DNA of 48,193 bases from Zetaproteobacteria bacterium (GTDB taxonomy: Bacteria; Bdellovibrionota_B; Oligoflexia; Oligoflexales; Bog-1112), in NCBI GenBank assembly GCA_947445855.1, contig CANFEH010000003.1:1-48193 (forward strand), written 5' to 3'. Under the pieces are notes generated by a model. It saw only the letters and a list, made by a program, of their open reading frames with translations. It was not told where the DNA came from and did no database searches. Both the position numbers and the translations under genes were made by a program. Positions 18,145 to 26,689 of this stretch are shown here, in pieces. The number at the start of each line of letters is the position of its first letter. Position 1 is the first letter of the stretch.

Positions 18145-20340
18145 TTAAATACTATGATCATAACGAAAAGACCCTTGCCCTTTAATTGTTGTGATTTTTT
18201 TTATCTTTTTCCCATCAACTTTCCTTAGTCCATAGGATTTGAAATCTACAATAACTTGTAAAAAGCCTGAGTCTTTATCCACTCCTTTTACAATACCAGA
18301 TTTGTATTGTTCATGGTAGACAAGCTCACCTGAGCTAAATGTTTTTTCTTCTTCTTTTTCAAGAGGGTAAGATTTCAGGTCTCTTGAAAAGCACTCACTT
18401 GGTATTTCTGTCAAAAAACGAGACACTGGATAACTCAGCCAGTTATTAAGAACTCGACGACGAACTGCTGTGAGAAGAACTAGTTTTTTTTGAGCCCTTG
18501 TCATTCCCACATAAAAAAGCCTTCTTTCCTCTTCTAATTGAAAAGGGTCATTCATGCTGTTTGTATGAGGAATTAATCCGTCTTCAACCCCAATGATAAA
18601 AACTTTTAAAAACTCTAGTCCTTTAGCAGCGTGAAGCGTCATCAAATGAACAGATTCTCTGAGTTCTCTATCTTCTTCAACAAAAGAATCTTCTACTTTT
18701 TCATTATCAACTAAAGCGGTTTCTTTAAGCCAATCTGCAAGACGAGGACGAGAGTTTTCTTCCGCATAATCACTGATCGCTGATCCAAGCTCATGAATAT
18801 TAGAAAGCTTGTCTTGAAACTGATCCGGATATTTTTTTTCGATATAAGCTCTGTAATCTATTTTTTGTAAAAGTTCTCCCAAAAACTTTTCTAAAATATT
18901 TTGATCCAAGTAACTTCTTAAAGTTTCTATGAGAGAAATAAAATTTTTTAATTTAAGATTTGCGCGCGTTTTTTCTTCTTTTCTTAAAAGCTCACAAGTG
19001 CTTTCATAAAGAGAAAGGTCTGAATCTCGAGCTATGCTTTCAACAGTTTCTAAGGCTTTTTCGCCAATCCCTCTAGGAGGTAAGTTAACGATCCGTCTAA
19101 AAGAAACATCGTCATCTTTATTCACAAGCAAACGACAGTACGCTAAAAGATCCTTTATTTCCACACGATCATAAAAACGTAAAGACCCGTAAATCCTGTA
19201 GGGGATCTTCTTTTTTATAAGAGCCTCCTCTATTTGACGTGACTGTGCATTGGTCCTATAAAGAATAGCTACGTTATTGTAAGAATAAAGTTTTTTATCT
19301 TCTACGATACTATCTGCTATAAACCACGACTCTGTTTCAGCGTCATACTCATTTTTTAACTCAATTAATTCACCAAACTCTCTATCTGTCCAAAGAGTTT
19401 TTGGGCTTCTTGTCTTGTTTTTTGAAATCATCTGACTAGCAGCTTTAACAATACACCCAGAACTCCTGTAGTTTTGCTCTAGATGATACACCTCTGCACT
19501 TGGGTAGTACTTATGAAAATCTATAATATTTTGAGGATTAGCCCCTCTCCAAGAATATATAGACTGATCATCATCTCCTACTACAAAAAGATTCTTGCTT
19601 TTATTCACAAGCAGGTTAATCAAAGAAAATTGTGTCTGATTAGTATCCTGGTACTCATCTATTAGAATATATTTAAAACGAAGTTGCAGTGTCTCTCTCA
19701 CAAGCTTATGACTTCTCAACAGTATTAACATATTCATAAGAAGATCATTAAAGTCCATTGCATTACAGCTAATAAGATAAGATTGATATCTCTTATAAAC
19801 ATCTACTCCCATAGGTGGAAAAAAATTAGGATCATGAGCTATCAACTTTTCCACTTCCATTGGCAAGGACGCATAAGTTTTTGCACGACTAATAGCATTC
19901 AAATAAACTCTTGGAGACTCCCCCGAGAGATCTTCTTTATAGTTTTTTAAAATTGATTTTATAGCCTGCAAAGAATCTTTATCATCATAGATAGTAAAAT
20001 CTGAAGTAAACCCAAGCTCTCTAGAAAATTCTCTTAACCAACGAGCACACACTGAGTGAAAAGTCCCTAGTCTAGCCTGTTGTAAGAGTGGATCAATCGC
20101 AACTAGTCTTTCTCGCATTTCTTTAGCAGCTTTATTTGTAAAGGTCACAGCTAGAATGCTACTTGCTGGTACTCCTTCACTGACAAGAGAGGCAATTCTT
20201 GTGATAATAACTCGTGTTTTTCCACTTCCAGCTCCTGCAAAGACAACAGCAGGACCTTCTTTATGGAGAGCTGCTTTTTTTTGATCGGAGTTTAAACTTT
20301 CAATTCTACTTCTAATTTCATTACGGTTAAGAGACACCAT
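18145..20340 (-). CDS. uvrD: ATP-dependent DNA helicase UvrD/PcrA
   Basis: AGAGSGKT, VTFTNKAA, DEYQDTN, VGDDDQSIYSWRGA, QNYRS, TLHAAKGLEF, EERRLFYVGMTRA. Confidence 0.96.
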   Translation of the reverse strand: MVSLNRNEIRSRIESLNSDQKKAALHKEGPAVVFAGAGSGKTRVIITRIASLVSEGVPASSILAVTFTNKAAKEMRERLVAIDPLLQQARLGTFHSVCARWLREFSRELGFTSDFTIYDDKDSLQAIKSILKNYKEDLSGESPRVYLNAISRAKTYASLPMEVEKLIAHDPNFFPPMGVDVYKRYQSYLISCNAMDFNDLLMNMLILLRSHKLVRETLQLRFKYILIDEYQDTNQTQFSLINLLVNKSKNLFVVGDDDQSIYSWRGANPQNIIDFHKYYPSAEVYHLEQNYRSSGCIVKAASQMISKNKTRSPKTLWTDREFGELIELKNEYDAETESWFIADSIVEDKKLYSYNNVAILYRTNAQSRQIEEALIKKKIPYRIYGSLRFYDRVEIKDLLAYCRLLVNKDDDVSFRRIVNLPPRGIGEKALETVESIARDSDLSLYESTCELLRKEEKTRANLKLKNFISLIETLRSYLDQNILEKFLGELLQKIDYRAYIEKKYPDQFQDKLSNIHELGSAISDYAEENSRPRLADWLKETALVDNEKVEDSFVEEDRELRESVHLMTLHAAKGLEFLKVFIIGVEDGLIPHTNSMNDPFQLEEERRLFYVGMTRAQKKLVLLTAVRRRVLNNWLSYPVSRFLTEIPSECFSRDLKSYPLEKEEEKTFSSGELVYHEQYKSGIVKGVDKDSGFLQVIVDFKSYGLRKVDGKKIKKITTIKGQGSFRYDHSI

Positions 20341-20380
20341 GAGTTACGCGTTCCAGGTAAGATATGGGGGGAAAAGTTTT

Positions 20381-22219
20381 TTATTCAACAGTGACAGACT
20401 TTGCTAAATTTCTTGGCTGATCAATATGACGACCAAGCTTAAGAGCCACATAATAAGCAAAAAACTGAAGCGTTATATTACTTACAAGAGCTTGTAAAAA
20501 AGGATCGTCCACATCAGGACAATGAAGTACTGTTTCTGCAATTCCTTTAACTTCTTTGTTTTCCCTTGGAGCCACAGCTATAATACAACCTTGTCTAGCT
20601 GCCACCTCTTCCATATTAGAAAACATTTTCTTATAAAACACTCCTGTAGGGCAAATAGCAACAATCGGTAGCTCTTCTGTCACAAGAGAAATAGGCCCAT
20701 GTTTCAACTCACCTCCAGCATAACCTTCTGCGTGACAGTAAGAAATTTCTTTTAGTTTTAAAGCACCTTCAAGAGCAATAGGAAAAAGATGCCCTCGCCC
20801 CATGAAAAGAAAATTTCCGCAATTACTATATTTCCCAGCTAACTCCTTATATTGAGGAGCACAAGACAATACGTCTTTAATCTTCTCTGGCAGAGCTTTT
20901 AAGTTTTGAATCAGTTTTGAAAGCTCATCTGATTCAAGTGTGCCTAACTTTTTTGCAAAAGAATAACTAAGAGTCATGAGGGCAAGAAGAGTTGCTGTAA
21001 AAGCTTTTGTAGAAGCCACACCAATTTCTGTTCCTGCTTGAATATACATTGTAAAATCAGCTAGCCGTGTTAAAGAAGAATAAGGTGTGTTACAAACAGC
21101 AATGATTGTAGCTCCAGTAGATTTAGCATACTCACAAGCAGCAAGAGTGTCTGCTGTCTCACCCGATTGAGAAACAGCTAAAACGAGCGTATCACTTCCT
21201 ACATGCATTTTCCTTTGATGAAACTCGCTCGAAAGAAAAACAGAAACTGGAATTCTAAAATGTTTTTCTAACGTGTACTGCCCCACACACGCAGCGTAAT
21301 AAGCAGAGCCGCAACCCACCATAACAAGCTGACGATATTTTGATAAATCAATATCTTTAAGGCCTACACCAAGTTCTCTTTGCTTCTCAAAAGCAAGATC
21401 ATAAAACATCTCGATATGAGAAGACACGATACGTTCCTGCTCGTAAATTTCTTTTAACATAAAGTGTTCGTAAGAACCTTTAGAGTTGGTAGACAACTCA
21501 TAATCAGAAAGATTCACCACTTTAGGATGACAGACACTTCCATCAAAATTTTTGATTTCAATAGAATCTTTTTTAATACGAGCAAATTGTCCATCTTCAA
21601 GAAAGAAAAAGTTTTTTGTATAAGGAGCTAATGCCACTAAATCAGAAGCAAATAGATTTTCTCCTTGCCCTTGACCAATAATAAGTGGTGATTTTTCTCT
21701 CAAGATATAAAGAACTTCAGGACAATCTAAGACCATAACCCCGAGAGCAAAAGATCCCATCAAAGAAGAAACTGTTTTTAAAAGAGCTTTTTCAATACCG
21801 AGTTCTTTTGAATAATTTTTTTCGAGAAGTTTTAAGATAACTTCTGTGTCTGTTTCAGTTTCAAAAGAAAACCCTGAAGACGATAAACTCTCTTTTAACT
21901 CTAAGTAGTTGTCTATGATTCCATTGTGAATTATAGCAAATTTCTGAGACACATGAGGATGAGCATTACGGTCACTCACAACACCGTGAGTCGCCCACCT
22001 TGTATGACCAAGCCCTACAGTATTTTCTGCTGGTAACGAACTAAGAAGATCATCTAGATTTGCAACTTTTCCTTTTTTCTTCACAAAAGAAATTTTCCCT
22101 TTGCTTGAAATAGTCGCAATCCCTGCTGAGTCATAACCTCTATACTCTAAAGCTTTTAGAGCCGTTAAAATAAATTCTCTACACGGTCTATCTCCAACAT
22201 AGCCAAAAATTCCACACAT
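20381..22219 (-). CDS. glmS: Glutamine--fructose-6-phosphate aminotransferase
   Basis: True start MCGIFG (catalytic Cys) at 22219; EYRGYDSAG, GHTRWATHG, SQSGETADT, C-terminal PRNLAKSVTVE. Confidence 0.98.
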   Translation of the reverse strand: MCGIFGYVGDRPCREFILTALKALEYRGYDSAGIATISSKGKISFVKKKGKVANLDDLLSSLPAENTVGLGHTRWATHGVVSDRNAHPHVSQKFAIIHNGIIDNYLELKESLSSSGFSFETETDTEVILKLLEKNYSKELGIEKALLKTVSSLMGSFALGVMVLDCPEVLYILREKSPLIIGQGQGENLFASDLVALAPYTKNFFFLEDGQFARIKKDSIEIKNFDGSVCHPKVVNLSDYELSTNSKGSYEHFMLKEIYEQERIVSSHIEMFYDLAFEKQRELGVGLKDIDLSKYRQLVMVGCGSAYYAACVGQYTLEKHFRIPVSVFLSSEFHQRKMHVGSDTLVLAVSQSGETADTLAACEYAKSTGATIIAVCNTPYSSLTRLADFTMYIQAGTEIGVASTKAFTATLLALMTLSYSFAKKLGTLESDELSKLIQNLKALPEKIKDVLSCAPQYKELAGKYSNCGNFLFMGRGHLFPIALEGALKLKEISYCHAEGYAGGELKHGPISLVTEELPIVAICPTGVFYKKMFSNMEEVAARQGCIIAVAPRENKEVKGIAETVLHCPDVDDPFLQALVSNITLQFFAYYVALKLGRHIDQPRNLAKSVTVE

Positions 22220-22251
22220 ATCTTTTTCCCAATATTTATAAGGAAGAGTTT

Positions 22252-23067
22252 CTATACAAACAACCTGGAAGCGAAAATTTTTTCTGCTTCTTTTAACTGC
22301 TCTTGAGTGTTCACTCCTGTTAGAATTTCCCAATTTTTTGTTATATAAGCCCGAACAGAAGCTCTACCCTCAGCAAGAGAAATAACATCAGTTAGGTAGT
22401 ACTCGTTCTGGCTATTATTATTTTTTATAAGACGAAGAAGTTCAAAAATCAAATTAGTCTTAGCCAAAATAATTCCTGAGTTACAAATATGGATGCGTCT
22501 TTCTTCTTCAGTTGCGTCTTTTTCTTCAACAATACGCAAAAGCTCACTCTTATCGGCACTCAAAAGAAGCCTACCATAGCCAGCAGGCCTTGGATGATGC
22601 ATGCCAAGAACTGTTAGATCACTTGAACTGTGCTCATGATAATCAATAAAATTTTGAAGAAGCGAAGAATCGAGAAGAGGGGTGTCTCCATAACAAACAA
22701 GAAGAGATTCTCCCTCAGTTATTGTTTTGCCTCTCACTAAATCACCTTCGGCGTAACTAATTCCTGGCACTCCTTTAAACAAAGAAGCGCAAGCAGCCAC
22801 AGCTCCTCCTGTGCCATTTCTTTTCTTCTGGTGGCAAACCCTAATATCTTTATATTGTTCTAAAAGTGGTAGAAACTGCGCCCAGCTATCATCTAAAACA
22901 ATTGCATAAGAGCCAAGGGATAAACTCCACAAAGTATCTAAAATATGCTGCAGCATAGGCCTACCAGCAAGGTCATAAAGCACTTTGGGCTTGTTTCCAC
23001 CGCCCATTCGTGTACCCTTGCCTGCAGCTAATATAAGAGCCGTAATTTTTTGTCTTTTCATTGTCAT
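22252..23067 (-). CDS. glmU: GlmU-type N-acetylglucosamine-1-phosphate uridyltransferase (N-terminal domain only)
   Basis: LAAGKGTRM, PKVL, GTGGAV, YGDTPL, GYGRL, IVEEKDA, NSQNEYYLTD, GVN. Ends before any hexapeptide-repeat domain. Start is 23067 or 23061. Confidence 0.85.
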   Translation of the reverse strand: MTMKRQKITALILAAGKGTRMGGGNKPKVLYDLAGRPMLQHILDTLWSLSLGSYAIVLDDSWAQFLPLLEQYKDIRVCHQKKRNGTGGAVAACASLFKGVPGISYAEGDLVRGKTITEGESLLVCYGDTPLLDSSLLQNFIDYHEHSSSDLTVLGMHHPRPAGYGRLLLSADKSELLRIVEEKDATEEERRIHICNSGIILAKTNLIFELLRLIKNNNSQNEYYLTDVISLAEGRASVRAYITKNWEILTGVNTQEQLKEAEKIFASRLFV

Positions 23068-23221
23068 TATATTTAGAACCAAAATTTGATATCCTATAAG
23101 AAAACACACTACCCTATAGATCATGGAAAATCAAGCCAAGAGTCGCCCGGTAGTCTGATAAAGTCGTTCCCAAATGCGCTTTTTTGTTTTACTTTATGGA
23201 AACTTTATAAAGGGAGTGACT

Positions 23222-23974
23222 ATGGGTCTCATAAGTCAATTTAAAAAGTTTTTTAAAACTCGTCGACAAAAAACTTTAGAAAAAAATGAAACAATCATAA
23301 AAAACAGAAAAGCCATAAAAGAGGATCGCGTAGCTTCGATTGAATACTTTGCAAACCACAAAGATCCTCTCATTGCTACACAGTGCTTATTGCAAAGGTT
23401 CACTTTCAGCTTAGAGCAAGGAATTCAAGACGGAAGAGAAAAACAACAAGTTTTAGACTCAATCTTGGCTTTTGGTGAGAAAGCTCTTGTGCCTACCATA
23501 GAACACTTAAAAGCTTCACACAGTATTGCATGGCCTGTTAAAATTATTTCTAAGCTTGGTACACAAGAAGAACTCCAGAATGCTTTGTGGTCAGCGCTTA
23601 CTTTTGGGGACATTGATTTTTCACAAGAGCTTGTTAACAAGAACTACGATATTCTTTGCCACCTAAGGAACCAATCTCTTGGAGATAAAAGTGCAGAGCT
23701 TTTCCAATTTTTAAACGCTCATGATGAGAGACTAAGACTTGCAGCAACAGAAGCAATTTTGCACCAGAATGAAGAAAAAGATTTTCAAAAATTAGAAAAA
23801 TTTCTTCTAGATGACTCGCCAGAAAATATTAGACTTAAACAATCGATTGCTGACAAGTTTATCGAACTAAAAAGACCTCTTTTTAATACAAAACTTTTTA
23901 AAACTGGTTTTCTACACCCAGATTTTGTGATCAACAAAGACTACACACTGAGACATACTTCAAGTGAAGATTGA
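23222..23974 (+). CDS. Helical (HEAT-repeat-like) hypothetical protein
   Basis: SD GGGAG before ATG 23222. FLNAHDERLRLAATEAI resembles a HEAT repeat. Confidence 0.6.
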   Translation: MGLISQFKKFFKTRRQKTLEKNETIIKNRKAIKEDRVASIEYFANHKDPLIATQCLLQRFTFSLEQGIQDGREKQQVLDSILAFGEKALVPTIEHLKASHSIAWPVKIISKLGTQEELQNALWSALTFGDIDFSQELVNKNYDILCHLRNQSLGDKSAELFQFLNAHDERLRLAATEAILHQNEEKDFQKLEKFLLDDSPENIRLKQSIADKFIELKRPLFNTKLFKTGFLHPDFVINKDYTLRHTSSED

Positions 23975-24064
23975 AAAATTTTACTCTCTTCAAAAAACAG
24001 GGAGTACTTCTTTTTTTATAACAATGCTAAGAAGAAATTCTTTTTTCGAGATAGCTTAAGCATG

Positions 24065-25351
24065 TTATTGCCTCTCAAGTCTTGAATACCAAGAATCCCC
24101 TTTGATAACCTTCACATGGAAATATCTTTGGCATTGTTCCCTTCTGCACAAATAAGAATGATCCCATACATTAAAAAGTCTATTTTGTTCAAATGGGAGC
24201 CTATCAATCCTAACTTCATTTAAAGACTTATTTTCCCCTAGTTCATAAAGTTTGTTCAAGTTTGTTGTCACAGCAGTTGAAAACTGATAACTGAAAAGTG
24301 TCATATAAAAGAGAACCGCAACTCCTGAAGCAACAAGACTTTCATTTAAAAATTTAAAACCTCTAGAAAATATAAAACTTGAAGCAGACAAAGATAAACA
24401 AGCTGAAACAGGCAAATATAGTCTTTTTTTGATCTCAGGAGAAGCTGGGATTGTGAGCAAAATAACAAGAGCAACTAGAAACCAAAAGACCGTTTTTTCT
24501 TTCAAAAATATTTTTGGCTTCCACTTGTTTTTTTTCATAAAAAACAGACATATCAAAAATGTAAATAAAAATAGGAAAACAAAGAGAGGCTCTGAAAGAA
24601 AGGATGCAAGATTACCGCTTAATGATTCTATACTGAAATAACGACTAAGAACAGTTCCTTCAAGATTTGAATTTTTCAATCGATTTTGAGTTGCAGGAGC
24701 GAAAACTAAGACAAAAAATCCAGAAATAAACGCTAGGAAAAATGGAATATTTCTTTTGAGAAGATTCTCTTGATAGCTTAAAATTACAAAACCCAAAAGA
24801 TAACCTAAGAAGGTATGCTCATTTCCCATCCCACAAAAAAATGATAAAGGAAAAACTAAAAAAGAAAGAAATCCTAAGCGAGAAAAACTGAGTAGATAAA
24901 ACAAAGACATATTCGTTATGAGAGGTAGAACATAATTGCCATTAATCGGCATATAAAAGAAACAGAGAGCTACCTCAGGTGTAGCTATAATCAAAAGAGA
25001 GAAGAATAGAAGGAAGAAAGGGACTTCAGAGGAACCTCTTGAGACCGATTCATTCTTCCCTAATTTCGTAACTAAAAAAGCCAGCAGAGTAATGAGAAAA
25101 GCGTTTGAAACTACATATATGATCCGAGATGACGAATAGAGCATGGTGAAAACTTGCCCACTGCGAATACTCGAGCCACCATTGAAGCGACCCATATAGT
25201 CAGAGAAAATTCTCCCAAAAGAAGTATTAAAGTATTGTCTCTTATGCCAGTAACCTCCAAACCAATAATCTCCTTGAATAGGCTCTACAATCCAAAGTAA
25301 AACAAAACAAAGAAGCCCCAGTATAGCTAAACTAAAATAAAAAGCTTTCAT
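24065..25351 (-). CDS. Multi-pass membrane protein, DUF6056/GtrII-like putative glycosyltransferase
   Basis: P..GDYWF after TM1, NYVLP, GMGNEH, APATQNR, R-LYLP pattern; about 10 TM segments. Confidence 0.6.
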   Translation of the reverse strand: MKAFYFSLAILGLLCFVLLWIVEPIQGDYWFGGYWHKRQYFNTSFGRIFSDYMGRFNGGSSIRSGQVFTMLYSSSRIIYVVSNAFLITLLAFLVTKLGKNESVSRGSSEVPFFLLFFSLLIIATPEVALCFFYMPINGNYVLPLITNMSLFYLLSFSRLGFLSFLVFPLSFFCGMGNEHTFLGYLLGFVILSYQENLLKRNIPFFLAFISGFFVLVFAPATQNRLKNSNLEGTVLSRYFSIESLSGNLASFLSEPLFVFLFLFTFLICLFFMKKNKWKPKIFLKEKTVFWFLVALVILLTIPASPEIKKRLYLPVSACLSLSASSFIFSRGFKFLNESLVASGVAVLFYMTLFSYQFSTAVTTNLNKLYELGENKSLNEVRIDRLPFEQNRLFNVWDHSYLCRREQCQRYFHVKVIKGDSWYSRLERQ

Positions 25352-25502
25352 GTGAAATTTTTATAACCTCTAGAAAGTTATTATTAAAAATTACTACTGG
25401 ATTGGAAGTTTAGGATTATCTTAACTTAGCTTAAGATTTATAGTTATTTGAATCAAGATTTTTTTAGAAAAATCAAAATATGACTACAAGCCTTAGAAAC
25501 AT

Positions 25503-25532
25503 GGGACATCCTTCGCTTTGCTCAAGGCATGA
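25503..25532 (-). repeat. Single degenerate copy of the palindromic repeat clustered at 47563-47797
   Basis: GGGACATCCTTCGCTTTGCTCA matches the reverse complement of the 47617 unit (GGGAGATTCTTCGCTCTGCTCA) at 19/22 positions. Confidence 0.65.
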
Positions 25533-25557
25533 AGAGTGGATTGGGGGATTCTTTGTG

Positions 25558-25932
25558 TTAATCTTGGTACCAATCACAATCTACGTCATTTTGATCACAC
25601 CACATGCCCTTTACCTGGTTTTTTCCAGCTTCATTATATAGAAAGACTATCATTTTATCATCAGCACTAGCATTTGTCTTTCCCATAGCAACACAAGCCA
25701 TGTACGTAGGCTTACACAGAGTGTTTTCTGTCAGATTTACTCCTCCATGTGTCCGTGCAGTTTTAGCTCTCAAGCAGGATGTTGGTGTAGTCTGCCCATT
25801 TGGTGTAGAAACTTGATCCATAAATCCAAAAGTAAAATCTTTTTCAAATTGTTTACAAGCGGCTAGTCCTTTATTTTTAGTACAAGAAAAAAGAAGAGCA
25901 CTTCCAAAGATGACTGTTAATAAAATTCTCAT
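25558..25932 (-). CDS. Small cysteine-rich lipoprotein
   Basis: Lipobox LLFS-C, six further Cys, SD AGGA upstream. Confidence 0.75.
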   Translation of the reverse strand: MRILLTVIFGSALLFSCTKNKGLAACKQFEKDFTFGFMDQVSTPNGQTTPTSCLRAKTARTHGGVNLTENTLCKPTYMACVAMGKTNASADDKMIVFLYNEAGKNQVKGMWCDQNDVDCDWYQD

Positions 25933-25976
25933 GATTTGTTCCTTTCCTGTTGTTGTAGAACAAAGAACAAATCGGC

Positions 25977-25987
25977 GGGGGGGGGGG
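25977..25987. repeat. G11 homopolymer tract
   Basis: Eleven consecutive G in an AT-rich background, 45 nt upstream of the lipoprotein start. Confidence 0.9.
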
Positions 25988-26011
25988 AGCTTTAGTGTTT
26001 ATACTATTTTG

Positions 26012-26059
26012 TTTAGTGCAAATAGCTTTTTTAAATTTAGTGCAAATAGCTTTTTTAAA
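26012..26059. repeat. Perfect 24-bp tandem duplication
   Basis: TTTAGTGCAAATAGCTTTTTTAAA x2. Confidence 0.95.
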
Positions 26060-26101
26060 TTGTTTCAGATGGTTACCTTGTTTTTTTGTCTTCAAGTAGA
26101 A

Positions 26102-26554
26102 CTATAGAATCTCATCTCCGACACCACGACCTGATTTTTTCATTCTTTCTAGATATTCTTTGTAGGTAACACTGTGTCTTGTCCAAGGAGCAAGTTCTAA
26201 GCGTTTTTTAGGAATAGGATCTCCAGTACCCTCGCAATAACCGTAATCTCCTGATTTTATTTTTCCAAGGGCACGCTCTATTTCGAACAGTCTTTGCCTG
26301 TCTCTATTCAAAAGACGGAAAGTCAAATCTTGTTCAATATTGATTGCTGCCAAATCAACATCATCTCGCATTTCATTAGTATCTAACTTGATGCTTCCTT
26401 TCGCCATAGCCTGCTTTGCATTGCTAATGATGATAGCTTTTTCTCTTCTCAACACTTCACGAAAAAGCAAAAGCTCATCTGCAGAAAAAAGTTCTGAGGG
26501 TGCAATTTGTTCTTCAGTGATTCCGCTTCTCTGATAACTTGTGGTTTCGCCCAT
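26102..26554 (-). CDS. dksA: DksA/TraR family RNA polymerase-binding factor
   Basis: Coiled-coil tip DDVDLA (DxxDxA), IERALGKI..GDYGYCEGTGDPIPKKRLELAP. Confidence 0.9.
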   Translation of the reverse strand: MGETTSYQRSGITEEQIAPSELFSADELLLFREVLRREKAIIISNAKQAMAKGSIKLDTNEMRDDVDLAAINIEQDLTFRLLNRDRQRLFEIERALGKIKSGDYGYCEGTGDPIPKKRLELAPWTRHSVTYKEYLERMKKSGRGVGDEIL

Positions 26555-26689
26555 AGTTCATAAACCCTTACAAAAGGACTAGGTCAGAGGCTCTAAAAAA
26601 AACGAATACTATCCACACAATAACCAAACTGATTTAAGCGAAATAAAAAACTTCACTTAAAACACAGAAAGTGGGGAAGATTCTAGGAA

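Noticed and set aside
22220-22333. N-terminal extension of GlmS, or a glmS ribozyme
   Set aside because: GlmS needs Cys at its mature N-terminus, so the start is 22219. The 32-nt gap after glmU is too short for a ribozyme.
25877-26107. Short ORFs spanning the G11 tract and 24-bp repeat (poly-Pro or poly-Gly peptides)
   Set aside because: Low-complexity products of the repeats that overlap real genes and have no RBS.
26609-26617. DnaA-box-like CTATCCACA upstream of dksA
   Set aside because: A single mismatched copy with no cluster; expected by chance.
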